DNA from: Raillietiella orientalis | Taxonomy: Eukaryota | Length of the DNA stretch: 64,000 bases | NCBI GenBank assembly: GCA_036172245.1 | Contig: JAYWIR010000008.1 | Coordinates: 2,542,001-2,606,000 of the forward strand | Direction of reading: 5' to 3' | Part shown: positions 39,669 to 61,620 of the stretch, one piece after another | Layout: each line of letters begins with the position of its first letter | Numbering within the stretch: position 1 is the first letter of the stretch | Made by a program: the position numbers and the translations under genes | The notes under the pieces: model-generated | Databases searched by the model: none | The model's input: only the letters and a program-made list of their open reading frames with translations | Told to the model about the DNA's origin: nothing

Positions 39669-40439
39669 TTCATCAGGTGCCTTCTTTCAAAAGAAAAATA
39701 AATTATCGATCGCTGAGGAGGAAAATTGTATGGGAAAAGCGGCAGTCGCACTTGTGAACGGAACAAGGAAGCACCTCCATAAAGAAGAGAATCCTTTAGG
39801 AACAAGACTGAGAAGTGCCTCAAAGCATCAATGGTGACAAAAACAAAAAAATTAATTTATTACATAATGATAATGATACAGCATATGCTAAATTTAACAA
39901 TCCTGTCAGGTGCTTTTCACGTATGATCTGTAGGGAAAGTCTGAAGGTCTTCGGGATTTTTGCGACAAAAGGAAGGAATCAAAGCTCCTAGAAAAGGCTC
40001 TCGAAGCTGTCTGAGAGAGCACAAAACTCTGAAGTGCTCGCTGTCAAGGGATCGAATTTCATATTTGTGCTCAAGCCAGTACACATGCGTGCGGGAGGAT
40101 CCGCAGTCGAGATTGCCCTGTTCGCGATTTGTCCGCTACTTCTCATCGCTCTCACACCCATTACCTTTCTGAAGGCACACTTGATCTCGGAAGATCGATT
40201 CGAATGTTCTTATTAAGAGAACTATGGAAAGGAAATACGAAATCACACAAATAATTGCTTCCGCTATCCAGAGGTGAGTCCACCTGCGGATGGGTCGATG
40301 CTACGGACAAGAAGCAAAGGTAAAAATGTACATCCAAGACTTTCGAAATCCCTGAGCACGAGAGAAAAACAGCATTAGATGTAGACAGATGAACGAAATC
40401 TGAGGTTTAATGTCAGTGTCAACTGAAATCTGAGACACT

Positions 40440-41760
40440 CGCAGGGTATTTCTGAGCTGCTACTTGCAGCAGCCGCCATGAGCTGCCTCGCAGACTGCAA
40501 ATTTCTGATTCAGCGCCGAAAAGTCTTTCGTTCCCGTGAGCTGCTCCCGAGAGATCTCGGAGGTACTTCCCAGTTTTCTTAACGTTCATTGAAAAGGAAG
40601 GGAAGAATCCCTTTGCCGTCAAAAAGCCAAGCGAAAAAAAAAAAAAAAAAAGCCAAGCGACGTCGATTTTGTTTTCCATGGATTCCTTCGGTGCCTTCTA
40701 GGCGCCATTCCAACATCAGACGACTACATGGCGTGTACCGTTCTTGAATGAGTCGTGGTTGGAGGCCAAGAAACTGCTCCAACAAGAAACCTTCCCTCTC
40801 TTCTTGAAGTGTGGCACCCCTCCCCAACTCCCCCCCCCCGTCCGACTCAGGGTGGTGGTCGGGTCACGCTCTAACAGCTCTAGGACTGCGTTTATGGAGC
40901 TGCCCAGAGAATGATGCTCTGAGCAGTGTGCCATTTCTGTTCGTTTCATTTTCTTGGAGAAACCTCTCTCTGCAAACTTCCCTTGTGCAACTCTTGTTGC
41001 GCGGATGACTTCCTCAACTGCCTCCCAACCGTTGTGCAGGTGCCTGAGTCCCACGGCTGGTGACCTTCGAGAACGAGGAGCAGCCCTTTCGACTTTCTGC
41101 CACATTTTCCGAAGCTCCATGGCTTTTCGACCTCCAGGCTCGCCCTTCGACACTAAGAAAATAGGAGTGTCCGAAATGCGGCGGTAGAGATATTGTCGTT
41201 CGATCGGTGTTGGACGCTCACCACAGATTGCACGATCGCGCTTTCAACACGCGCTTCCGGTCTGCGCTGATGAAATGAAACGATCCACTTCCTGCCTGGC
41301 TTGACCCGCTTGCTCTCTCTGTGAAGAGCTCAAACATTTTGTTCCTTGCCATTTGTTTGGAACGGATGGACCTTCCGCAATCTGCACATCCCTCGAAAGG
41401 GAGCACCTTGGCAGCGACCTACCGGCAAGATGGGAGGTCTCCTGCGAGCTCAACTCCTGGAGGAGAGATCTAGGTAGTTGGAACACTGGCCAGTTCACGG
41501 ACTCTGTGACCCCAATTGCCACACCGAAAGGACTCTACTGCGAGCTACTGGGAATTTCCCAGGAAGACCTCGGGTGGCCCTCAATGCCGAGAAGCACCCG
41601 CACCCTCCCTTAGAAGCGGCAGGAGTCGGCGACCCTTCTGCTGCACGGGGGGCTCCCGTGGACGCTCGGTCCCGCCGCGTTCAACAAAGTTGGAACCTGC
41701 CCAGAAGCCGGTATGCAGACCAGCGAGGTTCTCTTCGGCAGCAGAGGAGAGGGCAGAAAC
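40440..41760. ncRNA. GC-rich imperfect fold-back region downstream of MSH4 (hairpin RNA candidate C)
   Basis: Collinear antiparallel stems 40475-40484:41113-41123, 40540-40547:41077-41084, 40555-40564:41063-41072, 40757-40766:41020-41030; a second fold lies at ~41255-41725; no recognisable ORF. Confidence 0.45.
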
Positions 41761-43378
41761 CAAAAAAAAATAATTACTGGGATCACATTAGTACTTACCT
41801 CAACTGTACGTTCCTCTTCTTTCCGACTTTCCATCCGGTACCTGAGTTACCATACCAGAGCTAGAATTATATGGAAATTAGATACTTGCTGGCTTCCACG
41901 ATCCCCATGTTGAACGAGTGACTGGAATTCCTGGAAATTGTCTCTCTTTTTCATTTTCGTTGTTGCCTCCTTCACTTTCATTGATCCAGCCTTCACGTAT
42001 TGCTTTTGTGCTTAGACGCACTGCATACACGACAAAGCACTATTACAGAGAAAATTCCTCAATGGCCTCGAAGGTGCCCAATTTTCACCTTGAGGATTTC
42101 ATTGCATGGATTCACGGTTTTGCTCAGTCGCAGAATAAACGAGCGCTCTCACAGATTCCATTCTGAACTTGAATTTCACCGGAGGGGGAATCCAGCAAAA
42201 CTGGAGGCAATCTGAATAGAAGAGGAAGCTCTGAGGGCTGAGATTTATCCTACAACACTCTGGCATGCATACCGGGATCGAGATGAGCACATGGGGGGGG
42301 GGGGGGTCCGGTTGTAAAGGCGGATCCAAATTTACACGCAAAACACCAGTCGCTCCAATAAGGTAAAATTAGGGACATGCTCAAATAGAGCTGAAGTGAT
42401 CAAGCAAATTCAAATCACCGAGATGATGGTTCGATCAAAGAAAACGAATGGCGTAGGATTGATTGACGGACTCCTAATGGTACCGACTTCGACTATCACA
42501 TCGTGCAACGGGTAACTTACCATGACGTGGCTACTATCACATGCCAGCCGCGAATAATTGGAAGGATTTCCTTAAACCTGTGAAAGCATGTTCTCTTCAG
42601 ATCCCTTGGATCTCCACTGAACAGTCCAAATCCTCCTGTGAAATAACTGAAAACACTCACAAGGGCATGCTATTCTAGTGTCGCCGAACAGATTGCAACA
42701 TGACCAAAGAACGTGCACGATTGGTTCATGAAATTCTGTTCATTGTGATTGCATTTGCTGGGAAAGAGATGCATTCCGGAACTTCAAGTTGGTTGAAATT
42801 TCCGCTTTAGTCCGAGTGCTTTCCTTCGTGCAGAAGGAAATCCTTTGATGGGACAAAAGATGGAACAGGCAGGAGGAAACTAAGGTCGCGGCTGAAGCAT
42901 TTGAGCTTGGCAACGCTGAGAGGGGATGCGGTGCGTAACGCAGTTCTTCTCTCCTCATCGGCCGTTAAATGATAAGAATTTCTTCCCATGAATCCAGTCC
43001 TGATTCCATTTTAAGTAGGACTAATGTTACTGACTTCAACCGGCTTTTGAGAAAGATTCAGGTTCTTTTGTGCTCCCCAAGTCTTTGTTAGTCAATTTAG
43101 AATTCATGACTTCCCCTGTCTTTTGCATGGTATTGTTTTTTTGTTTTTTTTTTAAAAAAAGAAAAGATGGCACGATGAGATGAATGCTCTCGACACATTA
43201 ACTGTAATGAAAGCAAGAGTCTGCATTTTGTACTTTGGCATGCTTCGATGGAATTTTTAGTCTTTTCCGAAACACTATTTGCATTCTGTTTTGCACACAG
43301 GCACTCTATTTCGTTGAAATCTTTTGTTCTGATTCTTAGAGTGCAACTTTTTTTAATTGTTTTATTTATTCATCTATT

Positions 43379-44015
43379 TACGAGGCTCATTTCAAAAGTA
43401 AGAGTGGACCGTGCACAAAGAAGGAGTAAACAAAAACATGTATTGGTGGTTCGAAACATCCCCATGTCATTTTCCTACGTAGTCACTATTTTTCCCCCAA
43501 ACACCTTTGATACCGCGGAAGATGCTTTTTGGAAACCTCTGCATCAAATTCCGCTGACTGGGAGTTCAGCCAGTTCACCAGCACTGCAGTTTTCCACTCC
43601 ACTTTCCCCCTCAAATCGTTGAGCCACTTCTTGAGGTGCAGGAAGACGTGGTAGTCATTGGGCTGTAAGGTGGATGATCAAAAAGTTCCCATTTGAATTT
43701 CCGAATTGTCTGGAATGTGCGGACAGCAGTGTGTGGGACCAAAAGGGTATGTGTTTTTGGTGGACTTTATGGAGCCTGGAACAGCCATCACTTCGCAAGC
43801 CCACTTTTTAGAAACACTTTCGAAACTGCGGCGTGCCATTGAGCAGAACCGACGACGTGGGATGCTGAGATCAGGAATTGTTCTTCTCCTTCACGACAAC
43901 TCACGCCTTGGTAACGCTTGCTGTCCACACATTCCAAACAATTCAGAATTCAAATAGGAGCTTTTTGATCACCCAGTCCGGACCTCGCCCCCAGTGACTA
44001 CCACGTCTTCCTGCA
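43379..44015. mobile_element. Rearranged non-autonomous mariner (Tc1/mariner) relic
   Basis: TA followed by TIR-like cgaggctcatttcaaaagtaa at 43379. Minus strand ~43470-43645 encodes a decayed transposase C-terminus (LHLKKWL..KTAVLVNWLNSQSAEF..RYQRCL..DYV). Plus strand 43729-44015 encodes VFLVDFMEPGTAITS..LRRAIEQNRRRGMLRSGIVLLLHDN and PDLAPSDYHVF. Confidence 0.9.
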
Positions 44016-45523
44016 TCCGTTCCGGGGATTACGTAAAAGAGGATGGCTGAAACAATTCTTCAAGCTCAGAACTGCCACTTTGGTTGCAATATAAAGCCAG
44101 ACTTCCACAGATCAGTCCAAGGGTTTGCATCGAATGAAATACGTGAAGAGAACTAACAGCAAAACACTCCTTTAGGTCGTTAACTTCAGAGTCGAATTTT
44201 TCTGGAGTTTTGTCGTTTAGTGGATGTATGTTGCAAGAGCGAAAGTGAAACAGAAATGGGGAAAGTGCAAATTGGATGATAGGAGAAGGAAGCATTGAGG
44301 TCCCAGTGTCTGGGCACTGGAATGACAAAAAAAAAGGAGTGAAAAATTAGTGAAACTATTGCATCAGTTTGCTGAAAATGCACAAATTGCCATTAAATGC
44401 TTGTTTTCCAGTTACTAGTGTAGAAGAAGAAGGAAATGGGTTTTATTTGAATGATAACAAACTTTGAGAGCAACTTTGGAATTTAAAATACAAGCCAATT
44501 TTAGAAAGATTCAGCGTTACTCACCATTACAAGGCAGAGGAATTTTACTAACAACACTGAGACGGCTAATTTAATATCGCAGCTTATAGGAAACAAAACT
44601 GTACAACGAGAATCATCAAACAAACCTAAGCTTTTAGATTTGAATTCTTAGCTTATTCACCCAATAACTTCTTCTTCCAAACATACTCTCATCTTCGTGT
44701 ACACAAATTTCGTAATACATGTTAAGAATGTTAACCACTCCATTATAAGCTCTGCATTTGAAAACGCTATGTGTTTTATCTGGAATAAGTTATTCTATTT
44801 CATTTCAGCCGGTATGTTGAAAGTGTCTCTATTCAAATCAGCATCTATTTAAGGAAAGCTTTCTGAACTCTTTTGTCTTAGAGTTTGGCAACCACAAAAG
44901 CAAAAGTGTTTTTTTTTTTTTTTCAATATTTTTTTTCAATTTTATTTATTTAGTGATTTAATCAGACCGTAACTCCTTGCACAATTCAAAATATCCCATT
45001 TCTTCACAACTGATTACTGCTCTCAGCTGAGGTGAAATTTTTGCCATTTAAGGTTTTCCCAATAAACACAAACTACTGCATCTTTCCAAGCATCCTCTTA
45101 TTCGAGCTTTCAGAACGAAGTGCTGGTGTCAGAGCCACACACACGCCAAAAAAGAAAAACACTTGTTCCCTATGAAACATCTGAGATACCAAGCATTTGC
45201 TTCGCAGCTCAAACGGAATTATTGTATTCACTTGCTATTTCAGAAACAGTCAGATATGTCGAATATTCCGAACATTCTAAACAAAATGGAAAAAACATCT
45301 TCGCGAATTTGTTTTAGAATGCTCATTTAATTTCATCTGGAGAAAATTTGTGATCACAGCGATAAAACGAGTTCTCAACAGGTATAGACACAACTGCGGA
45401 CGAGGAAAAAGTTTTATTATCTACAGCTGTCGTGCAAAATCCATCCATTGCACATTTAATCCATCCATGTTCGAGATGATGTACCCAGGATTTCAAAGTG
45501 CTCATTAAATGCCACTTGGCTCG

Positions 45524-45548
45524 TTTTGCCGCCTCTGAGGCGGCAAAA
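45524..45548. repeat. Perfect 12-bp palindromic hairpin
   Basis: ttttgccgcctc-t-gaggcggcaaaa in AT-rich DNA. Confidence 0.85.
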
Positions 45549-47510
45549 TCTCTGAATACTCTATACATCATTGGCATATTAATAGCCACAAGCTGTCAAA
45601 TCTTTTCTTAGAGACTAAAGCTCACTGATTAGTTGTGGCATTTCTGTCATTTTTTTCTTCCTAGGTTACAGCAGTAATTTCTTTTGAATTATCAGCCACT
45701 GTACTGTTAACATAGCAGTTCATGGTTCTTCAATTTATCTACTATAATGAGGATTTGAATTGACAACTGTATCCTACCCTGATATATGAGCATGAAATCA
45801 GTTTCCAAATCTCATTTTTTGATCTCTGGTGCCATCTTCCCAGCATCCACATCACATCCTTTCGACGCAGCACGCCAACTCTGCTTTTGACTGGACATTT
45901 ATTATCTCATTACTTAATTGCTATTCATTCCTCCGTCTGATATTTCAAATTGCGGTAGGATGATGATATGTCTTCTGGAAATGATGCTCAATTTTTTATT
46001 GAAAAGTGTTTTTGATTTCCAAAATTAATCTACTAATAAAACTGTGACTTTGATTTATTGTTTCCTCATGATCCCATGTGATTCAACTTCCAGACTTACC
46101 GAAAGTCCTCGCTCTTCTTGATATGGCCAACTAAACAGTTCGTTATTTTTAGATGATTTTATAGCTATACAACTAAGTTGGAGAAAGCCAGCCATTGCTG
46201 TTTCTTTGTTTTGATTGAGATAGTAATTTAAGTTTGTTTTCAGTTTCGTGATACTGAAGTTAACAACTTCAATACAGTCTTTGGTTTTGATTTGAATCTC
46301 CACTACAACTCTTTGCCGAATAAGTCTCAACTTTTATTGCAGCTTCGAACACTAATGTTTCAAAGTGGTCACTGGAAACCAGTCGATTGTATGAGTGAAC
46401 GAATGGTTTTCCATTACATATCACCATAGGATGATTATGTTCAGAAGCAGTTCACTACTGGTTTTCCTGTTCCTTTCAATTCAAAGGAAAACCAGAATCC
46501 AGCTTAGTGTTCTCTAACCATCTACTAACCCTTATATTTTATCCCTTACTCTTTACAGGTGCGTGTCTCATCTTAAATTCTCCGAGGAAGAAAAAGTTTT
46601 ACACAATTTCTTGCCAAGTAAAGCTTACCTGCACTGTAGAGTCTGTTATCAAAATCCACAAAAACTACGTTTCCTTTTGGATTGGGTTATATTTGGTGTT
46701 TTGACCATCGATATGACTTTTCTTAGAGTAAATTTGCAGTGAGTTGAGTTTCCAGGCCTGCAGAGAAGAGAGTTAAGATATGATAAGTCGTGGATTAGAG
46801 CAATTTTAAATAATTTGGAAATTCAGGAATCTCTTTCATTTTAAAAAATTAAGGAACCTCTGTCTTAGATTTGTATCTGTGAACTTCAGTCAAGTTCAAA
46901 TGTTATCGAATTTCCAATATAGTAACTTGAACTACACTGAAGATGGAATCTTTTTAATATACTCTTTTCATTTTAAACATCCTTTGGAGTCCATAATGCG
47001 AGGTTCTTACATTTAGATGTAGATAATCCTTGTTTTTGCGCTCATATCTCTCATCACGATGATCCATCGAGAGAAAAACATTTGATTTTAATTCAAACCA
47101 AATAAAGTGACATATGTATATTACTCATACTTTATTATAATTTTCTGGTTGCTTTTGTTACCTCGTGTAGCATAAGTATGATTATTTCACTATCGGAATC
47201 TGGATTTCACTTGAATTAAAGAATCTGCTTCACTTTTTCATTGAATAAAATGCAAGGAAAAACATGATTATGAAGCTTGAAAGGCAAAGTCGCGAAAAAA
47301 AAAAGCATTTCTAGGAAACGGAATAAATAAAAAGTATGTTTTTCTGATACTGTATTTGCTGTGGAGCAACATGAATCTGATTTTAATCAAAATTACAACT
47401 AAAAATCTTCATCCCAATGTTTATGCTCTATAGATTGTCATAAATAAAACCAATTGCAAGCATTTACTGGACATCTGATTTTGGAATAGTGTTTTTGTGT
47501 TTCAACATAC

Positions 47511-47551
47511 TTTCAAATAAATGAGCTTTTCATTTCAAATAAATGAGCTTT
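47511..47551. repeat. Short tandem duplication upstream of DHX16
   Basis: tttcaaataaatgagcttt occurs twice, 22 nt apart. Confidence 0.8.
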
Positions 47552-47729
47552 ATTTCTTAATTATGTATGATGTTATCCATGGAAATTCTCTGATAATCCT
47601 GTATGTAATGTGCGCAAAGAGAACACATTTTTTGTAAATCCAGGTTTTGAAAATGCAGTTTCAAGCAGTGTTAATATGAAAATCATATGACCATATAATT
47701 AGTTATTATACAGTAGGAATTCATCGAAC

Positions 47730-56890
<9,161 letters not shown>

Positions 56891-57183
56891 TCTGTGATAA
56901 ACGTTGCCGTGATGTTATATTAAAGTGTAAATTTCTGATTTGGGTATCAGACTGCGCTTATTGTTTTGCTTTGGAACAGTTTTTTTTAACACCATTTAGG
57001 CATGCTCAAACAGTTTTATTCAAAAGATAAAAAAAATTTGCGAAATGATTTCTACCACTAAAATGCTTGCGGATTTCAACAGCTATTACTACACAATAAT
57101 GTTTGTTTGGTTAATATGTGTTTTTTAAGATTTTTTGATTTCTTAGGATTTATGCAGTTTCCATTGGTATGATATAAAGATAT

Positions 57184-58653
57184 ATGCATAAAATGGCAAG
57201 CCACAGTCCAGGTTATGCTGATGATTTGCCTGCATCATTTATTGCAGGCATGAAGACCCTGTTTGATATAATGGATGATGAGAAGAAAGGCTACATTAAG
57301 CTTATAGGTTATCTTAGGAAGGATTGCATGCATCGTTTATCTAACTTACTGTTTTTAAGACATCGACGACTACTGGCGTAGCACTGAGAATAAGAATTTA
57401 CCCAAAGGGTTCATTGAAAGCATGCGCCAGGTTGCACATCCTTCTGGAAAGTTGTCCTTTGATCGATTTTGCGTGGGACTGAAAATGTGTCTGTCGAAGA
57501 ATCGAACAGACGATGCGAAAATGAGGCAAAAATCCAAACTAGCCAATGTGAAACCGGTGTCAGAATCCGACATTCCACAAAAACTTGATTCTTTGTTTCC
57601 TGTCCAATCCGCTCACTCTCAAGTGAGGAATATTTCCTCTGTTGTTCGTTACCAAAGCACCCATTTGGAGACCGCCAAGCAGCATCGCCCCATCCAGTAT
57701 GTACCGGCGAGAAACGTGCAGTCGGGTTCTTTCGCGCCCCCGAAGCCTCCCCGAGATGCCGGCCGTGTTCGACAGGAGATCAGAGCGGCTCTGCAGTCCT
57801 GGCAAAGAGGAATGATGAATTCCGACAGCGAGAGCGCCAAATCCGGAAGCGATGCTGGCTTGGGGTAAGTTGGTTAAAGAAGTTCTTACATCATTGTCCC
57901 GTAAAATGACAGCGAAGTTGAGAAGGCGGATAAGTTCGCTCTTCCTGCGGATGCCAATAAGTTAGGTCGCCGGTCCTCGAGCCGTCGTCGGGATGTTAGG
58001 AGGCACACTCTTCATAACACAGTTGACTTGAACGAGGTAACTTGACGAGTTCCTGTTTCCGTAAGATGGTTTCCGTAGATGAAGCGCTATAAATTCTTGG
58101 AGCAAGAAAAGCAAGTTTTAGAAAAGGGGCTGCAAACCGTAGAACAGGCGTACAAGTGGTATTTAGAGTGCCTTTCAACATTGCAAGATAAAATGCAGTT
58201 CGATAATTACATAGCGGTAACAGTGATTTTTTGCGAAAGTTTGGGATCATTGGCTTTTTAAGGAGTACAGTTCGGAATCCCAGCAAGAACGGCTCGATTT
58301 TCTGACGGCAAGGATTTCCGAGGTCAACCATTTGTTGACATCGTTAGTGGAAAGTTCCAAGAAGGGATTCCCACTTCACATGAATTTAGCGATATCTCGT
58401 CCAGTTGTCGGAAACTTGGAAAAGACCCTAAGACGTTTAAAGGAGCAGAATCGGCAGTTAACGGAGGTCAGCTTGCAAAGTTTTGCAGATTGCAACTATA
58501 ATTTGAAAACATGTTTGATAGGAAGTAGGTCAGAAAAGTGAGAGAATAGCTACATTAGAACATGAAAAGATAATTCTAATTCAGGAATTGTTTCATTATA
58601 GGTCTCAATTACGTTCAGGAAAAATGGAAGGGACCGAAAGTACATTTTGTTGA
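57184..58653 (+). CDS. SAPCD2: Suppressor APC domain-containing protein (SAPCD2-like, 408 aa, 6 exons)
   Basis: Exons 57184-57307, 57360-57864, 57913-58036, 58079-58216, 58263-58466, 58522-58653 sum to 1227 nt in frame. LPASFIAGMKTLFDIMDD, LPKGFIESMRQVA.SGKLSFDRFCVGLK, RRHTL, LEQEKQVLEKGL..WY and LKEQNRQLTEEV.QKSERI.LEHEK match the SAPCD2 family layout. Confidence 0.88.
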
Positions 58654-59849
58654 TTTTAAAGTTGGTATGCTTTATTTATTGTTTTGTGCAGGATAGCCCC
58701 CCCCCCCTTCAAAAAAAAAAGGAGGGGGGGGGGAAAACACCACAAAATCTGACACTATGTTGTAAATTTACAGAAGGAACTGTAATGCACTTTCACTGAA
58801 CAGGTGCTGCTTTTCTTTAGTAACACGATTTCCATCGCTAACCATATGTCCATCATAAATCTTGAAGAGCGGTGAAATCTGAGCATGAGTAAGAAGTAGG
58901 TCGAAATCCGTCCGAACAAATGGATACACAGTAGCTAAGAATCGCCCTGGCCCCACGAATCGTTACGTCAACGACCTTAATGTGTTTGCTGCTTAATTTT
59001 GTTGATCTTGACGAGTGTTAAACACACGCACAAAAAGGAATTGCTGTTAAAAAAAAAAAAAAAAAAAGGAAGAGTACATTTGTTTTCGACCCGCGCGCGC
59101 GCAAAAAAAAAAAAAAAAAAAAAAAAAAACGTAATTCTTTTATTGCCTTTGCCTGCTCCTCCGGTGAGTTGGACGCCGGTCGAAAGTTCCATCACTTCTA
59201 CCACTCGATCCTCCTCTCTTTTTCCGTTGAAACTTGTGACAGGTTGCAGAAACCTATTCCTACTCTTGTGAAGTGCCTACTAATATCTCAGTGGTAATCG
59301 TAGCTCGTGTTTTACCTCTAATAGCCTCCCGATGTGTGCCCTGCTTCCCCTTCTGGCACGTTTATGCGTAATCCCTGACGTGCAGGCGTCGTGTAAAAAT
59401 ACAGAGATGCATATCGAAAACCCACTTGCTTTTTTTTTCTTTTTTTCAATAACCTAATAAATTAAAGCTCAGGCTGGAAAGCATGCATAAATCCATAACT
59501 GCCCATGGTAGTCGATGCTTTGCAGAAGCGGGACGGAAACTCGAGACTAAAACAACAAGTTCATCATCTTCCCTTTTGCCATCCTACTAAATGTGATTTT
59601 CTGTGTTTCAGCACTTTCGAGATGGGCCTGATACCAAGAAGAAGAAGAAGAAAAAGAGTCCCATAGTGTTGATTTACGAATTGTTTGACGCCGAGAAAAT
59701 GCCCCCGGGCGTATATTTCCGGGATTCGAGTTGCACCAGCTTTTTTTTTTTTTTCCTTTTTTCCATGCACACCGCACGAACACGGAAGACACTCAGGGAC
59801 GAGTGACAAGGGATGAAGGGGTGCAGGTGGGCGTTGGTTCGAGCAGCGA

Positions 59850-61050
59850 GGAATCGGTGGCAGGGCTCCGAGAAGATCAGGAGACGCGCGGGTTCGGCTT
59901 TCGGCGGCGGACGCTGCATCTCCCCGCTTGCAGCCGAGAACGTTCCTCTCCAGCTCGGATGCACCACAGGTCGAGCTGCGGCTCGTCGAAGAAGGATCGC
60001 GCGTTCCCTGCCGACACGTGCAATGAACCTCGGTGCCGTGTGCCAACTCACGATGAGAAGCTTTCCAAATAAATGCAAAGTATTCTTATTCTTATTATTA
60101 TTATGTACATTGGCGGATGAATTGCCCCACGTGTTCTGAGCGTGGCTTGGCAAAGTCGGAGGGAGGATTTCACGACAGTCGTGACGTTCTTCGTGCTGCT
60201 CGCCTCTTTGCTACAAAGTTGACGTGCGGAAGTTTGCAAGGTGTTAGAGCGGACGCTCGGGTCGGTCCCGGTGGGCATCCCCGAGCTCGACACGGGACGC
60301 CCAGCCGCAGCGGTCAGGCGGGAAGGGACCGTCGCGGTGGGATTTCCGCAAGCTCATGTGGAAAAAGGGACGGAGGAACGTTGCCCGGGTCAGCGACGTC
60401 GTGCACGTGGGAAGGTCAGCATGGATCGCATGCCGAACCTTTAGAGGAAGCGGACCCGAGGGCGTTTGTCCGTAGGAATTTCTCTCATGGAGGGGAGTTC
60501 CGTTGGTTGGCTTCCAGGTGAATGTATGCTAAAAGGGGGAACCAGACCGTCGGTTGGACCGACGGCGAAAACGGGAGAAAGTTCCACACGCAAGAATCTG
60601 TCAGCAAACATCGACGAAGAGGTTTTTGCCGGAGGGGTCTTCGTGCTGCGTGACTCTTCGTGAAGGTGCGCGAGTTGGCCAAAGAGGTGTTATGCTTTGG
60701 CGGGAGAGTTGTCTTCCGAAAAGAAATTGCTCGTTGAATCGTTTGCACTCAGCGATGGAGCCACGTGGATAGCATCGTCTCTTAATGGTTATTCATGGTG
60801 ATGACTTGCTCTCGCATGATGCGTCCACGGAATGGCTCCGTGCTGATCAGAACGAGAATCCCGTCGGCACGCAGGTTTCCAGCACGCAACTTTCGTTCTT
60901 CCTCCCCAGTCTTGCAAATTGGCTTGCGTCGGGGGAATCATTTATCCTTTCAGGTTCGTCTCGGGAATCGTTTTTGCCCGAGCCTTCGCTGCATACATAA
61001 TTGGAGCTGCACGAACCGGAAAACACGAGTGAAACCCAATCTCGGGCAAT
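59850..61050. ncRNA. GC-rich structured non-coding region (hairpin RNA candidate D)
   Basis: Stems ~59878-59907:59984-60010, 60215-60227:60882-60893, 60256-60263:60453-60460, 60547-60554:60558-60565, 60974-60982:61041-61049; no credible ORF. Confidence 0.45.
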
Positions 61051-61079
61051 GAAACGCTGAACACACAACAGATTTTCCG

Positions 61080-61620
61080 GTTCTGGGGCTCTTGCGACCA
61101 CGGCCGCGCGTCCTCCCGGGACGAGCCCGTTGGTGCCGGAAGCAGCGCGCGTACGGAAGTCCGAGAGCCGGCGGAGCCCGTAGGATGTCCACGGCCGCGG
61201 AGCAGCAGCAGTCTTGCCAGCATTTCCGAGGAAGCCTGCCGCCGCTGCCCACGGCACACCGAACGTGCAAGTGCTGGGGAAAGGAAAAAAAAAAAAAAAA
61301 AAGTTTCCGCGTGTGCTAAATGTTGCGGGTAAGATCACGATGTTTTTTTTTGTGTGTGTGTGTGTTTTTTTTTTCCGCAGGTTTTTTCCTTCCTTTCCTT
61401 TTTTCCCCCTCCCCCCCCGTTTGCGGGCCTTCCGAGCAGGTAGAAAAAACAGCAGCAGTAACCACATGGGTCCCCGACGGGTGCTCGCGCGTGCGCACTC
61501 CGCCCACCGCGCGCGCTTTGCCCCCCCCCCGTTGTGCGCGCGCCTAGGGAACCGCCGCCGCCGGAATGGTGACCGGGAAGGGCGCAGCCCGTGCATCACC
61601 TGCGTGGGTCGGTAGAGTCT
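61080..61620. promoter_or_regulatory. CpG-rich promoter-like or 5' region of an unidentified transcript
   Basis: Very CpG-dense tracts (gcgcgtgcgcactccgcccaccgcgcgcgc) and a strong + strand intron-like unit at 61329-61380 (gtaaga..polypyrimidine..ccgcag, 52 nt). Confidence 0.35.

Noticed and set aside
58768..58975. Terminal coding exon of a minus-strand gene
   Set aside because: Two short open frames exist, but neither has recognisable homology or a consistent upstream coding exon.
60798..60846. Box C/D snoRNA (gtgatga...ctga); similar pattern at ~2836-2887
   Set aside because: Only ~50 nt box to box, with no convincing C'/D' boxes or rRNA guide sequence.
59800..61600. rRNA, ITS or ETS fragment
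   Set aside because: GC-rich and structured, but no conserved 18S, 5.8S or 28S motif was recognised on either strand.
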